63,852 bases of DNA, filler included, from Basidiobolus ranarum (GCA_040143965.1; 25 parts of 25 records of this genome joined end to end with filler, not necessarily neighbours in it); one strand, 5' to 3'; counted from the first letter of the whole stretch, positions 12,735 through 26,754 are shown. Program-made: numbers and translations. The notes: generated by a model from the sequence alone, not told the origin.

Positions 12735-14641
12735 NNNNNNNNNNNNNNNNNNNNNNNNNNNNNNNNNNNNNNNNNNNNTTAATTAATTAANNNNNNNNNN
12801 NNNNNNNNNNNNNNNNNNNNNNNNNNNNNNNNNNTATCAATCTCTTCAACATCAACGATAAACATGTTGCCTTATTGGGCCGGTGTTTACTGATGCCCGT
12901 AGAAATTGATGGGGCGTGATTTCAGTTGATTCCTCTCAAGTTACTGCCCAGGTTCTTCTATATGATCAAGAATGTAGCATTCATTGTATGCTTCACAAGG
13001 ATCAGGAAGAGGAATTCATTCACTGCATGGGGTTTAAGTAAGAGTTTTGTTATTCTTTTACTACTGTCGCTCTCAGTTAGCCCTACCAATCCGCACTTCA
13101 GGGCCATGGAGAAAGCAAGATAAATGGGATGTTTTGGTAGGCATCGTTAATAATAATAAATGAATCTTAGAGAGCTAAGTGAGTATGTTGAGGGGTATTA
13201 CTATTAATCAAGCTCAACTCCACCTCATTGTTAACTTTCATTAAAATCCGGATCGAGAGATTCGCGTAAATATAATGAGTATTTTGATCTTTCCTACTAA
13301 GTAACCGGATTTCGAGAATTCATTTTGGTAAGTTTTACTTGAAAACGTTGATTCGTTATAGATGAAAAGAAAATCCACCCTTCGACAAGGTCAATCTTTA
13401 ATAGTATCAACTTCTACTTACTATTTGGAATGATATGTATTAGGATGGGTTTTATTTTTGGATTATCCAGAATGCTGCATTTGGTTATGGTTCACTGTTC
13501 CAAGCCAAGCATTTGTCTCACTTCCTCGTAATAATTCTACGCCACGAGGTTCCTTTGGCGTTCTTTTCTGTCGCATTGAATCCTAGTCAGACAATACGGG
13601 AAGAATGCTCTTATTTAATACTACAGTATCTCATGAAAATCAATCAACCACTCACTGAATCGCTCTTTTGCAAACCACTATCCTAATTACTGCTAAGTAA
13701 ATTGATTTTATTAGTGGCATCAAGTACGAGATTAGAATAACTCTTATCTGGCTGATGATGGACATGGGTAGGGCCATCTTCAGAATGATTCAGTACTATC
13801 ATGCTAAATCTATAATATAGTTCTACCTTGAATCAAATATAGTTGTTGAGATCATCTACAATGTGGCTTGAGTTTAGGTAGTATCACTGAATTCTCTTGT
13901 CGATCAAGCAAGTTTATCTTCATTTCTACTGAGTTTACTTTCATGCTCTTTTCCTGACGATAGTATTCTGTAGTGGCGTTAAGTACTTATTGAATCTCCT
14001 ACTTCATTGGTTTAATCACTTTTCATTTCCACTGACTCCTTAAAATCTACTGCTATAGAGTTAGTTCTTCTACAGGTTATATGGGACCTTACTAAGTATT
14101 ATGTATTGTGGGCTGTTCATAGAGTCAATGTAGAGAATCGAGGAGGTCATTTGAGATTCACTACTGCTTATCGATGGTAAAAACCTAACCCTAAATCTAA
14201 GCCTTTCACGAAGACTGAGTTGGTGAGAATATTGTTTGTTACATATTTGATAATTGGATAATAATTGTATTTCAGAGTAATACTACTTTAAGTACATCGT
14301 CCGTTTGCAGCAGGACTAGATCCAAGATACTCCTAGAACTTCTATCGCTTTTCACGTAATTAAATACCGATCTAAATATTAGAAAAGTTGCTAAACAAGT
14401 ATGCCATTATACAAGTACACTATTATAGGGAGTATACTAGCAATTGGCAAGCGGTGGGAATAATTACGAATTATAATTCAAAGAATATCTTGAAGTGGTG
14501 GCTTAGAATTCCAGTATCTCCAAGGTGCTGCTTGCTAAGCCACCTTTCTAGTATAAAAATGAGTAGCTTGTTGACACAGTACCACACTTGAGTACTATTT
14601 CTTTCAATAGTAAACACAGTTAGTACCTCCTAATTCTAATA

Positions 14642-15298
14642 ATGCCTTCTAACCAACAAGATTCTCAATCTGAGTTCGATCAGGGCTTGGCCGGTAGAAA
14701 TAGGGAACGTGACTATCCTCGCTCTCGCTTTGGCCGCCAATATGAACAAGGTGAGTATGATAATGAATACGAAAGAGGAGTTTCCCGTAGAAATGGACAA
14801 CAAAATTATCCTCGTTCTCGCTTCGGCCGTCAATATGAGCAAGATGAATATGATAACGAGTACGAAAGAGGAGTTTCCCCCAGAAACGGACAACAGTACT
14901 ACCCTCGCTCCCGTTTCGGCCGTCAATATGAGCAAGATGAGTATGATAACGAATACGAAAGAGGAATCTCCCATAGAAACGGACAACAGAACTATCCTCG
15001 CTCTCGCTTCGGCCGTCAATATGACCAAGACAAGTACGATAATGAGTACGAAAGAGGAATTTCTCACAGAAATGGACAGCAGAACTATCCTCGCTCTCGC
15101 TTAGGCCGCCAATATGAGCAAGATGAGTATGATAACGAATACGAAAGAGGAATCTCCCGCAGAAATGGACAACAGAACTACCCTCGTTCTCGCTTCGGCC
15201 GTCAATATGACCAAGACGAGTATGATAATGAGTACGAAAGAGGAATTTCTCACAGAAATGGACAACAGAACTATCCTCGCTCTCGCTTCGGTCGTCAA
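14642..15298 (+). CDS. Hydrophilic protein made of 31-aa tandem repeats (3' truncated by contig end)
   Basis: ATG at 14642 with TATAAAA about 90 bp upstream. Six full units plus a partial unit of YPRSRFGRQYEQDEYDNEYERGISHRNGQQN. Variation between units is mostly at third codon positions in this frame. Confidence 0.85.
14714..15298 (+). repeat. 93-bp coding tandem repeat, about 6.3 copies
   Basis: tatcctcg recurs at 14714 and 14807 and onward (period 93). Confidence 0.95.
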
Positions 15299-15549
15299 NN
15301 NNNNNNNNNNNNNNNNNNNNNNNNNNNNNNNNNNNNNNNNNNTTAATTAATTAANNNNNNNNNNNNNNNNNNNNNNNNNNNNNNNNNNNNNNNNNNNNGT
15401 TAGACTTTATTGGTTTCAATCAGAATTAGGGATCTTTTTATATTATTGGTTAAAATGTCAAAGTTAATTTCCTATAGTGTTATCAGGCATAATGCATTCC
15501 GCCTCTAATTCTCCAAACCACTTCCAACAGGCTCCCAAATACTTTAACA

Positions 15550-17862
15550 TTTAGTTGCTTCACAGGCTGCCATGTATTCTGCTTCTGTTGTTGAAAGTGC
15601 TATGGTAGGTTATGTCTTTGAATTTGAAGAAATAGCTCCATTATAGCAAAGAAATAAGTATCCTGTTATAGATCTCCTGTCTTCAATACCTCTTCCCCAA
15701 CTTGCATCTGAACATCTGATCAGATCAAAGTTTGATTCAGAATATGTGTATTTTAAGCACAGATCCGTAACACCTTTCCAATATCTGAAAATCTGCCAAA
15801 CTGCTATGATTTGATCAGATCCATAATTTTGAAGCTATTGCCACATATCTCCCACAGACTATGCAATATATGGTTGTGTTCCAACCATGATATATATCAA
15901 ACTACCAACCACAGATTGATAAGGAAATTTTGGCTTTTGTTTGATTTCAAGAATGTCTAATTTGAGCCTTTTTTGGCCTAGTTAAGACTTGTCTCCATTG
16001 AGATATATACTGGATTACATTCTTCCATTTTAAACTTCTTTAATATATCTAGGATATACTTACACTGGTTTAAAGTCATTGTTATGGTAGCTCTATCTAT
16101 CTTAATTTGGATTCCAAGATAGTACATCAGTCCACCAGGATCAGTCATTCTGAATTTGGCACATAAGCTGGATATGGTTTTCTCCAAAGTCTTCAAGTCA
16201 TTGTTTGCTATAAAAAGGTCATCTACATATTAAGCTAATAAAACTGGGTTTGTCTTATCTGGCCTGAAGTAGATACTACAGTCAGCATTACTCTTTTGGA
16301 ATTTGAGTGTCCAAAAAAGCATCTATCTTGCTATTCCAAGCTCTTGGAGACTGTTTTAAGCCATATAATGTTTTCTGGAGTCTGCAAACTTTTTTAGGGC
16401 ATTCTGGGTCCATAAATCCATTTGGTGGATCTATATAGATCTCCTCAGCTAGCTCACCTTACAAAAAAGCAGCTTTAATATCCATTTGACCTATAATAAT
16501 CTGATATTTAGCTGAAATTGCTAAAATCAATCTAATTGAATTAAACCTTGCTACTGGAGCAAAAGTTTTGGCATAATATATTCCTGGTATTGATGAATAG
16601 CCTTTGGCTACTAGTCTAGCATTATCCCTTGCTATATTGCCATCAGAGTTGTATTTAAATTCAAACACATATTGGCTGCCAATTGATTTTCCAGTATCAG
16701 GTAAGTTGGTTGAAAACCAAGTTTGATTATCAATCAAAGCCTGGTTCTCATTGGGAATCTCAGATCTCCAAGATTTTGTGTTAGGGCCATTCAGGGCCTC
16801 TTTTACAGTCTGGGGTTCATGTATTTGAGCTGTTCAGGCATAGGCCCAATTTTGGGACTCTTTGATAGAGTAATCAGGGCTATTTCTGATCCAATTTAAT
16901 CTCCTAGTTTGGGATAAAGGTACTACAACTTCTGGCATTGTATTGAGCATTTTAGTAGGTAAAATTCTGGCTGAAGGGTTCACAGGAATGCTACTTTTTT
17001 TATTGTTATGGTTTGAATCAATTTGAATGATTGGATCAGGAGAAAATTGATTTTTGTTATCATCTGAGGTCATTTATGCTGAAAAATTTTCATTTTTGTT
17101 AAACAAAACATCCCTAGACTTGATTAACTTTGAAATTTCTGTATCATAGAGTGTGTAGGCCTTATTTTGTGTACAATAATCCAGAAATATGCATTTCATA
17201 CTTTTTAGATCAAATTTGGATGAATTTTTTGTCATAATTTTGACATAAACAATGCATCCAAAGATCCTCAAATGTTTTACAACAGGTTTAACTCCAAACC
17301 AAGCTTGATATGGTGTAGAGTTAGACAGACTTCTAGTCAAACCCCTATTCTTCAGTTATGTGGCTATAGCAACAGATTCAACCTAAAAGTTATGAGATAA
17401 ATTTGTGCATTCATCATAAATCATGCCATTTCAATTATAGTCCTGTTAGCTCTTTCAGCAACTCCACTTGGTTGAGGTGTATAGGGGCAGTGGCTTCTTG
17501 ATTAATTCCATGAACTTTGCAAAATTGCCTAAACAGTGTTGAAGTCTATATTCCCCCATTATTTGTATGTATTTTCTTGATTTTAGTTCTATTTTCAGTC
17601 TCCACAAGTGTTTTAAAGGCTCTAAAGATAGAGAGAGCTTCTTCTTTTTTTTCCATAAAGTAAACTAAGTGTATCTTGTATAATCATCAACAAATGTGAT
17701 TAAATATCTTTTTCCACCTCAAGACAAATTTGCATAGGTCCCCACAAATCTGAATGACTTGGATTCAATTTTTTGACAGATTTGATTAAACCAGAGCTCT
17801 TGAACAGTTGCCTGGCTTGTTTTCCATATATAAAACCCTCACATATTTCCATTTTGGTTGGT
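15550..17862 (-). mobile_element. Degenerate Ty1/Copia pol (integrase-RT-RNase H)
   Basis: HLRIFGCIVY, ARLVAKGY, QMDIKAAFL, YYLGIQI and ALSTTEAEY motifs in Copia domain order, with many stops. Confidence 0.93.
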
Positions 17863-19282
17863 NNNNNNNNNNNNNNNNNNNNNNNNNNNNNNNNNNNNNN
17901 NNNNNNTTAATTAATTAANNNNNNNNNNNNNNNNNNNNNNNNNNNNNNNNNNNNNNNNNNNNGCACTTAAGGAGTATGGACAGCCAGATAAAAAGCCAAA
18001 TATCTCCAGACCCTACTCATTTCCCGCCAGATCTCTTTGGCATGTAGTCCTTGGCCACCTAGGAGGATCTTGGCAGTGGTGAGTGAAGGAATAGCTTTGT
18101 AGAAGTATATAACCGAGTTAGCTGTGCGCACGTTATTCAGAGCAAATGAACTCAATAAGCTTTAAGAAAATGTGCTACTGTACGAAGCTAACTATTCTTA
18201 ACCTCTTTTTGCACGTCATCAGACAGATGAAGTCTTGACAACAACAAGGTTAATAGGTATGGGAAGACTAGTATAAATCATTAATCCCATATGATTGAAA
18301 AGAAATAATTGCATGATAGGATATCACAGATAATTGAATGATAGATAATCAGTTAGCAGATACGCCTAAATGATTGATAGGTAAGTGAAATAAACTTGTG
18401 AGGTTAACTATTATCGAAAATAACTAATAAATCTTGGGCAACTGTTAAATTGATGTCAAGTGCTAGAAATCATGCGACTATGGTATATAATCTGATATCC
18501 CAGGTGAACCAGATATGTGTAATATGAGTTATGCATCTTTCTTTATCAATAAATTGGATAGAGAGATATAGAAGATGAATATTCATGTCTTAGATAACCT
18601 TAGGCAATTAATGTTAGCAAAGCAATAATCAAAGCATCCATGTATTAAGCATATTCTGTGCTGTTCAAACATGGATAAGACATACACTGGCACTCATAAC
18701 TGCTTCACCTCGTTTGCATGCATTTTCCAATGACAATATCCCTGCATTTACTTCTTGTCTCTACTTGATATTGGCCACACAGCTTAAACAGGGCCCAAAT
18801 ACAAATCTTCAATGTTAATCCCTCAGATTCAAGTACTAATGGAGAGGAGCTTATCATTTCAGAACTCTACTATATAGCATTTTTCCATATTAACAAGTAT
18901 TATGACTTTAAATACATAAAGAAGTACTATTTATCAGCAATTAATTCTCCAACAGTGACTCCTGAAGAAATCTCTTCCTCCGAAAGTTTCATGAATTCTA
19001 AAATCTATTGATACCAAGTGTTTCGAACAGAAAATATATTGTTTTGATCTTTTTCTGATATATTTATAATATCAATTAGAAGCAATTGAAATGGAATGAG
19101 GCTACACCAAAATCTTTGAAATTGGGTTCAAAAGCTAGTGAAAGCAACATTTCAATATTTTTGAAGGTATATTAGTTGTCAATATGGATACATGTCATAC
19201 CTAAACATAGTCAATAATGTACAATGTTGGAGCAAAAAACATGTTGAGCTCAAAATTAACTCACTTGATATAATCCATATAT

Positions 19283-19630
19283 TGTTAAAGTATTTGGGAG
19301 CCTGTTGGAAGTGGTTTGGAGAATCAGAGGAATTGGTGGTTTTCACCTATTGATTTATTGAGTATTCAGTTGACATTTATAGTTTTGTCAAGATGTAAGC
19401 AAACTAACGTGTAGAATGTGTTAAGGAAGGTCCCAAGAACATGTGTGCAAAGTTTGGGGCCTCTAGCGCAAGTTTGAAAAATCTATATATCTGAGAACTT
19501 CTAAGTTGGTAAAAATATTCCAAGTAAATTCCGATTGAGAATAATGGATAATATCTTAGTGAATTATAAGATAACTAAGTACTAAGCTATATATGACTAT
19601 ATAGGTGTTTAGGCAAAGCTAATTTCAACA
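19283..19630 (-). mobile_element. Solo LTR, Copia family A (348 bp)
   Basis: TG...CA ends. Homologous to the PPT-preceded 3' LTR at 34136-34482. No intact TSD seen. Confidence 0.8.
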
Positions 19631-19903
19631 CTTAAGTGAAAGATTTATTTTCGCAATTAACAGATGGATTCAAATTATGCTTGCAAATTGGCGCTGGTGT
19701 ATGTGGCTATAAATGAATCAAAGAGGACTAACAATACAAATAAAAACAGTCAACATTTATCTTGTGTCCCTGATTGACACGGAAAACTGAGAGATATAGT
19801 TCTCAGGGAAAGATAGGATTTCTACATGGAAAACTCCACTGAAGGATATATTGAGAATTGAAAATCAAAGTGCTCTCTATAATAGTTTGGATATATATCC
19901 ATA

Positions 19904-20356
19904 TCAAAAGATATTTCTTCGGGCAGAGTTAACTGGTCCTACAGCCTCATCTTCAGATTCATCTATAGGTGATGCACTTCGGTTCAACAGCAAACAGTCC
20001 TCTTCATCATCCTCAAAGCTCAATCGAATATCATCACTTTCAGGTGTGTTTACACGTGCTGACCTAGAAAACCGTGGGTTTGCTGGCGTATGGCTAGACC
20101 GCGATGATCGACGACGCTTCCAGCTGGTGACTGTTCTTACGATTCGACTCGCTATACTTTCTCCTGCAGGAGTCCTATTTCCAGAGGAAGTATTCGAAGA
20201 GTTTTGTGGTCGTTGCGCGGCCTGAGACTAGATAAGATCTGGTTAGTTTCATCAGATAGCTTTAAGCGATCTATAGAGTATATACCTCTGTATGGTGGCC
20301 ATGATTTACAACTCCTCTTTCGCCTCTTTGAAGTTTTCGTTCCAACACTGATCTTG
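19904..20356 (-). CDS. Last two exons of an unidentified gene (exons 20356-20286 and 20227-19904)
   Basis: A GT..AG intron at 20285-20228 joins RSVLERKLQRGERGVVNHGHHTE in frame to SQAAQRPQ...SARRNIF*. CpG content is normal. Confidence 0.6.
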
Positions 20357-20524
20357 CTATAGATGTGGATTTCGATATTAACAATTTAACTTTGATATAT
20401 GAGGAAATATGATTTAGATGCTTANNNNNNNNNNNNNNNNNNNNNNNNNNNNNNNNNNNNNNNNNNNNTTAATTAATTAANNNNNNNNNNNNNNNNNNNN
20501 NNNNNNNNNNNNNNNNNNNNNNNN

Positions 20525-21246
20525 CTCTCCAACCTCAACTGGTACTTTTCAAAGTGTTGAAATTAGCCCCAAAGTTAAAGACAAGCAAAAAGCCACACAA
20601 ACACTATAAAGCACCCTCAGCAGTGTCACACTAGAAGGATGCACAAAAATAGTTAAAGTGATTGAGGAGAATATACAAAAGCATGATAGGAAAAATGCAG
20701 AGCAAATATACAGTAAGTTGCTTCAGAGGAAGAACATTCAACTCAACATTCAGTCTGGTGTTGACCATGATGAAATCTGGGAAGAACATAAAACCAAGTG
20801 GTACAATATTGCAAGGTATCTGCCAGATAGCTGAAAGAACGTTGATTTAGCAACATTAATACAATGGTGGGCTTTGATGGGGCTGTTGATACAAACTTGT
20901 GTTGAATATGTGCAAAATTTTGAGTATCAAGAACTCTCTACAAATATTCAGGAAAACATGTCAAAGAAATTATGGATTTTTGAAGTTCACAAAATAATGT
21001 CCAAGTAGTGAATAAATAAAATTTGAGTTATTTTTTTTTGCACATGTATTGATTGATTGTTTTCTGAGATTGTAGCCTATCAAATACAACTATTTTGCAA
21101 GATCTTGAAATTTTACTCCTGAAACCAAAAAAATTGATTAAAATCAAATCCAACTTGATGATTTTATGATTGTAATAAATGGTGAATTCAAAATTGATCA
21201 AATGGTAACAGTTTTCTTACAAATAATCCTCAAACTTCTGTTAAGG
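20525..21246 (-). mobile_element. CACTA/EnSpm-type transposon left end (copy)
   Basis: Ends ...CCTCAAACTTCTGTTAAGG. Colinear with 51209-51949. Confidence 0.75.
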
Positions 21247-21859
21247 ACTCAAAATCAAACTAGCCACAGCTTTCCAAAGAATCCAGAATCACTCTGAGTA
21301 TATCATTATTGGGAAAGTTTGAGTGAAATCTAGAACAAAAAATATCTCCACTGTAAGCATAAAGAAAGACAATCAAGCCACTTTTTTTAGTTAATTTAAT
21401 TTCTCAGAATCTGGCCCATGGCAAGAACTGCTATTTCCATATGCACTCATCATCAACCTATGCCATTGGGTAGTAGATTTCAAAGCCACAGCTGTGATAA
21501 TTATGATTGTAGCATCAATTCTTAACCATGTGTGACCTGCTGTCACAATCTATATGCTGCTAATTGATGAAAATTTACATTTATTCCAGATCTTCTTTTT
21601 AGGCACCTCTTCCTGGCAGATTACCTAACACCTTCTAATTTTGCTCTTACCTTTAACATTTCCTTTCCTCAAATGCATGCATTATCATCTTTGTTGAACA
21701 GAGAGAAACTAAAGGCTTAAAGTGCCACTTTTGATTATTTTTCAACTATTGAGTTGTTGTAATATGGAATTTCTTACATCTCAATTTAGCTTCACACTGA
21801 GAATAATTTGTGTTGGCCCAATTCTTTTATACAGTAATAAAAAAATTCTTCATTGCTTT

Positions 21860-22334
21860 TAGATTATGACATTATATCTGCTGTGCCATTCTCTCTTGGC
21901 AATTTTGTGTTAGTTCATCCAGGTTACCATATATGGAAGTCATGTTCTTTACAACATTCCATGAAACTTAGCCAATCATGCTGTCCCACACAAAGTGTAT
22001 TTCCACCAGACCTTCCATTGAAGGTCACCTGATCATCCTTACATTGTCCCTGTTTGTATAGGTACTAGTAATCCCCAACACCCCAACCCTTGAACTTGCC
22101 ACAATATATTCCCTATTCAGTTTATTATGCTTCACCCTGCAATATCTAAATAAGCTCCATGTTTTACTTGATCAGAACTTAGTCTGATCAATGCCAGTTA
22201 TCAATAAAGATTGTTGGCAAAGAATCTTCCCTGTCCAGTCTTCTTTTGTCTTGTCTTGTGGTCTACATCCAGGTACTCTCTGGTATTCTAACCTCTTGTG
22301 CTTTCCAGTCCTTGTCCAGCTCCTTACTATGACA
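21860..22334 (-). mobile_element. LTR family D fragment (TGTCA-type, probably Gypsy)
   Basis: Homologous to 63332-63852 and 53001-53170. Terminus TGTCATAGTAAGG on the minus strand. Confidence 0.65.
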
Positions 22335-22799
22335 GTTTGATCCAAATACTTACACTTGCCTGTAGACCTCTCTCAATCCCTGTTTTCCAATGCTGAAACC
22401 CCCCAAGGTTGGCTTTGCTCTTATTAACCATCTATCCCAAGGTTCCCTGCTAAGGCAAAAATACCTTCCACCTCTGGATAATTGCTCTAAGCACATCCTT
22501 TTCAAGTCACCACTGGTTGAGTTTATAATTGTTTTTGATCAAAGAAGCTTCAGAACTTGATCAAGATCAAAGGATACTGATACCTGCACATTCTTTTGTC
22601 AAGGCACCAATCATTTTTTCCACAGAAAGTTGCACATAGCATGGTGATTATCATTCTTAGAGAAATTTGTGGTTTTAAAACTTCCCCCTCCCAACATATT
22701 AGGTATTATGTCTACACCAGCCCTACAATGGAAGATATCATGCATGCTCTTACTCAGCTTCAGTAAGAAAGTCAAGAACTTGGTGCTTCTCTTTCTAAA

Positions 22800-22985
22800 A
22801 CCATTCATTTCATGCTAGAACAAAATGTACAGATACTAGCATCATTATATTAGAGAAGAAATACAGAATACTATTATTGATCTTGTTTAATGCCCCACCA
22901 AAGAAATGATTGCTGACATCTTAACCAAACCTTTAGATAGGGCAAAATTTGAATTTTTACAATATAAGCTATGTTTAAGAGGGAT
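22800..22985 (+). mobile_element. Copia RNase H remnant
   Basis: CPTKEMIADILTKPLDRAKFEF motif. Confidence 0.75.
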
Positions 22986-23085
22986 NNNNNNNNNNNNNNN
23001 NNNNNNNNNNNNNNNNNNNNNNNNNNNNNTTAATTAATTAANNNNNNNNNNNNNNNNNNNNNNNNNNNNNNNNNNNNNNNNNNNN

Positions 23086-23560
23086 TCTGGCACCATTAGC
23101 ATCTTGACCTTCTAAACGTGAACGCCTTCATCATCAAACTTCTCTGTGGATGCAAAAATGTTGGAAATAGTACTAGTAGACATTCCTTTAACAGCAAGCT
23201 CTGTTTCATAACCTAATAAAAGTGCTTAGGGGATTTGGAAGTGTTTTGCACAAGATTTGGATTTGTGAATTAAACACTTGGGTTTTATTGGATTGAACAT
23301 GTCCTATTTTTGGTACACTGTGAAATAGGACTATTGGCCTTGCTTAGACCACCACAAACTTGTCTGTTAAGCATTGTGAAAATTTGGGATGATTTAGAGA
23401 AGTTTGAGAAAATAGTGAAAATTATTAACAGTGTTCTGATTGATATTTCTACCAGTTAGAGCAGTAAACACACATTTTTGAATGACTGAATTGAGTGCTA
23501 AGTAATTAGAATATGACTAATCTAACTAAGTCATGAGTTGATATTGACCTAATTTTAACA
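23086..23560 (-). mobile_element. Copia family E 5' LTR and gag start
   Basis: Homologous to 35881-36480. Minus strand reads TGTTAAAATT..., then a GGTTATG PBS-like site and FASTEKFDDE gag residues. Confidence 0.7.
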
Positions 23561-23569
23561 TTTTAAATC

Positions 23570-24235
23570 AGAGTTTGCTTAAAGTATTTACAAACTTGAA
23601 AGTTCTAGGATATATAAGTTTTTAAACTTGTGCTAGAAGCTCAAACTTCGCACAAATGCTCCTGCAGCCTCTCATGACACATTCTCTGTACTAGTTTGCT
23701 TACTTCTTGATAAAGGTATAGTTATCAACTGTCTACTCAATAAACCAATGCGAGAAACCACCAATTTCTCTAATTGTGCAAACCACTTCCAGCAGTCTCC
23801 TAAATCTATTGAATTGGGATCCATCCAGCAAAGTCCCATTCATGTATTGGCCTAATTGTTCTAAAGTAAAAGTTATTATTATTGGAAATAATATCACAAC
23901 AAACAAATTGATTGGAAATGGTTTGGGGAATAAAATCAGTTGGTGGTCTTCACCTGCAGATTTGTTGAGTAAAAATTGACATTTATACTTTTGTCAAGAT
24001 GTAAGTAAACTAACTTATCGAGTGTCTTAAGGAAGATCCAAGAAACAAGTGCACAAAGTTGCAGCTGCTAGTAGAAGTTTGAAATATCTATATATTTGAG
24101 AACTTCTAAGTTGGTAAATATATTCAAAGCAAATTGTGGTTGAGAGTAATGTGTAATAACTTAGTGTGGTGTACAATTACAAAATACTAAGCTGTATATG
24201 ACTATATAGGTGTCTGGCCATTGCTAATTTCAACA
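23570..24235. mobile_element. Two fragments of Copia LTR family A in opposite orientations
   Basis: About 23570-23800 and 23935-24235 match 19283-19630. The second ends GCTAATTTCAACA. Confidence 0.6.
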
Positions 24236-25154
24236 CATTCTACATAGATATATTGTTTTAGTTGGTATTTGGACAATCATACATCAAGTTGTTAGCTGAT
24301 TTCACTCCTTAAATCTGACTGAGCTGGCAGCAGGACTTTACATTCTGCCCTTGAAATCCCCCAAATTCACTCTGTACTAGAATTTCACCACTACACACAA
24401 ATATATACCCTTTCCCCACCTGACCATTTATACTCTCCCTACAGCAAAGTTGTCTGAATGCTTCTCTCAGTGGCTATACCAAGCTGCTGAGAATGCCAAG
24501 AGATTTTGAGCAAGATTCCAGTATGTACACCAAGATATCATGACCCTTCTAGCACTCAGCTGCTGGAAAATTTAAATTGGTGAGAATTACTGGCCAACCG
24601 GCATTTGCACATGCTGTATTTATTTGCACCAAAGTGACCAAGTGCCACAGAAATTGCATGACCAAATTATCCTTTGAAAAAGTACCTAATGCAGATTTAC
24701 ATTTAGTAGAGCCCATCAGAATGTCTAAAAATCCATTGGTTGTTTGATATTGGTTGTTGCAAAGTATTGTCAACCTGTATTTGGGTGATACCATCATGGT
24801 TTTTAAATGAAAACTACCTTTATATATGCTGACTTTGAGCAACACTACCAGGTGCTAGAATGCAAACTACAATACAGCTGCTGCCCTGAGTTATACACTT
24901 CATATTATCAGTGAACACAAAGCAGCTTTTGGATGTTATAGTATATTCACAATGACTGCAGCATAAGTGTAAGACATGGTAAAGCCTTCCACTAAAACAA
25001 TATCTGAGATAACATACACCAGCTTATATGTGTTGGTAAAATCTGTTGAATCCCTTAAAAACCTCTGTTGATTAGGGTTGATGCAATCTTTCACCCTTTG
25101 AGAGTAAATATAAACCCATCAAAATTAAAGTTGCATTGATCTTGATTAGATCCA

Positions 25155-25545
25155 CCCTAACCAAAATTTGAGGCTTAATGTTGTAGGAAAACCATCACAT
25201 TTTTTATCCATTTTGGGCTGACTGTTTACTTACCATCATAACAAAGAGTCTGAACTAAACCATTGTCTTCATCTTCCACTTCTGATATACTATCTTCAGT
25301 GCCAGAATGACCATGGTCAACATTTAGCAGCATGTCCTTAAAGTTGTCTGGACCTACAGGTTCAACCACAGTTGCATTTCATTCTTCCAGCTATTGGGTG
25401 GATACCCTTCAATATTATGCCACTCTGTATTACTTTCTTCCCAGATATCTGCACAGTCAACACCAGACTGAATATCAAGTTGAATGTTCTTCTCCTGTAG
25501 CCACTTTCTGCATACTTGCACTACATTTTTCCCTTCATACTTTTG
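25155..25545 (+). mobile_element. Internally deleted CACTA left end
   Basis: CCCTAACCAAAATTTGAGG start, followed by pieces of the shared subterminal sequence. Confidence 0.65.
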
Positions 25546-25646
25546 NNNNNNNNNNNNNNNNNNNNNNNNNNNNNNNNNNNNNNNNNNNNTTAATTAATTA
25601 ANNNNNNNNNNNNNNNNNNNNNNNNNNNNNNNNNNNNNNNNNNNNC

Positions 25647-25850
25647 GATCTTGTTCTCCAACGTCTGACCATCCGTGGTTCGATTGTTGGTAACCGTCAA
25701 GATCTTGCGGAGGCCCTTGACTTTGCTGCTCGTGGTAAGGTTAAGTGTCACTACAAGGTTCAAGATATGGAGACCATTCCTCAAGTGTATGAAGACATGC
25801 ACGCTGGTAAGATTGCTGGACGTATCGTTCTCGATATGCACAACCATTAA
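25647..25850 (+). CDS. ADH1: Zn-dependent alcohol dehydrogenase, C-terminal fragment
   Basis: DLVLQRLTIRGSIVGNRQDLAEALDFAARGKVKC...MHAGKIAGRIVLDMHNH*, typical of the ADH1/AdhP C-terminus. Confidence 0.92.
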   Translation, partial: DLVLQRLTIRGSIVGNRQDLAEALDFAARGKVKCHYKVQDMETIPQVYEDMHAGKIAGRIVLDMHNH

Positions 25851-26754
25851 ACTGCACATCAAGCAAATTGTATAAACTGAATCTAATAAATATAGTAGCA
25901 TAATTTACAACCCATTTGTTTGGAAAACAATGAATTCTAAAATTACTATTATCATTTCGTAATATGTAAAGTTGCGCATGCAAACCAAAAAGATAGTTTG
26001 AATATCGGCCCACAACCTATTGATTGCTAACACAATTTAGGAGTAAAATAAAGTTCAAATTTGGAAATTCTGAATCTGTTCGCTTGGTTGATCTAATTTA
26101 AAATGACCCAAAATGGTGGATATATACACTCTCATGTGCAATCAGCATTTCTTAATATATCTAAAATGCGTATGAGCACCTATTCTACTCATTTCGGTAA
26201 AGTTCGGATCGATACAATAGGTTGTTCAATCTAGAATTTTTAACTTGATGTAAATACCCCGCATTCGGAAATGGTCCATATTCGAACACAATTGTCCCTT
26301 CCATATTAAGTTATTGATTGTAAACAAATGATGCAATAAAGAAAGATAAGGGAAGCCTACTGATCTGCACCAGTGACAGATTCAATTCGCTCAGTAATAG
26401 TTGCAGCATTGAGATTGAAGATTTGAAGCCTGGTTCTTAGTGTTTAATCATCTGTTCGCAATTTGATCGGATCATCAATGTAGACAAGTGCTATGGTTGA
26501 TCCATGACAGAAGGTCCACCTAGAATCAAGGGATGTACTTTTTAGCTATTTTAGCAATTGCCAAACTGGGTTTATTTGAATGCAATTTGAAAACTAGATT
26601 CAATCTTTAAGTTATTACTTGGTAATGATATCTATTTTACCAGATCAAGGCTTGGAAAGGTTGGAAAAACTGAATAACCATGAGTCGCTAATTGTAATTC
26701 CAAAGTATATATAATACAACCTTGTGTTCGAATACCTCATTAAACATCTACACT

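Noticed and set aside
12835..12865. Possible gene start MFIVDVEEID on the minus strand at the contig edge
   Set aside because: Ten codons are too few to support a call.
14636..15350. Hydrophobic antisense and alternative-frame ORFs over the 93-bp repeat
   Set aside because: Shadow ORFs. Variation between units is synonymous in the 14642 frame.
19851..20225. 124-aa plus-strand ORF
   Set aside because: Antisense shadow of the spliced minus-strand exon at 19904-20227.
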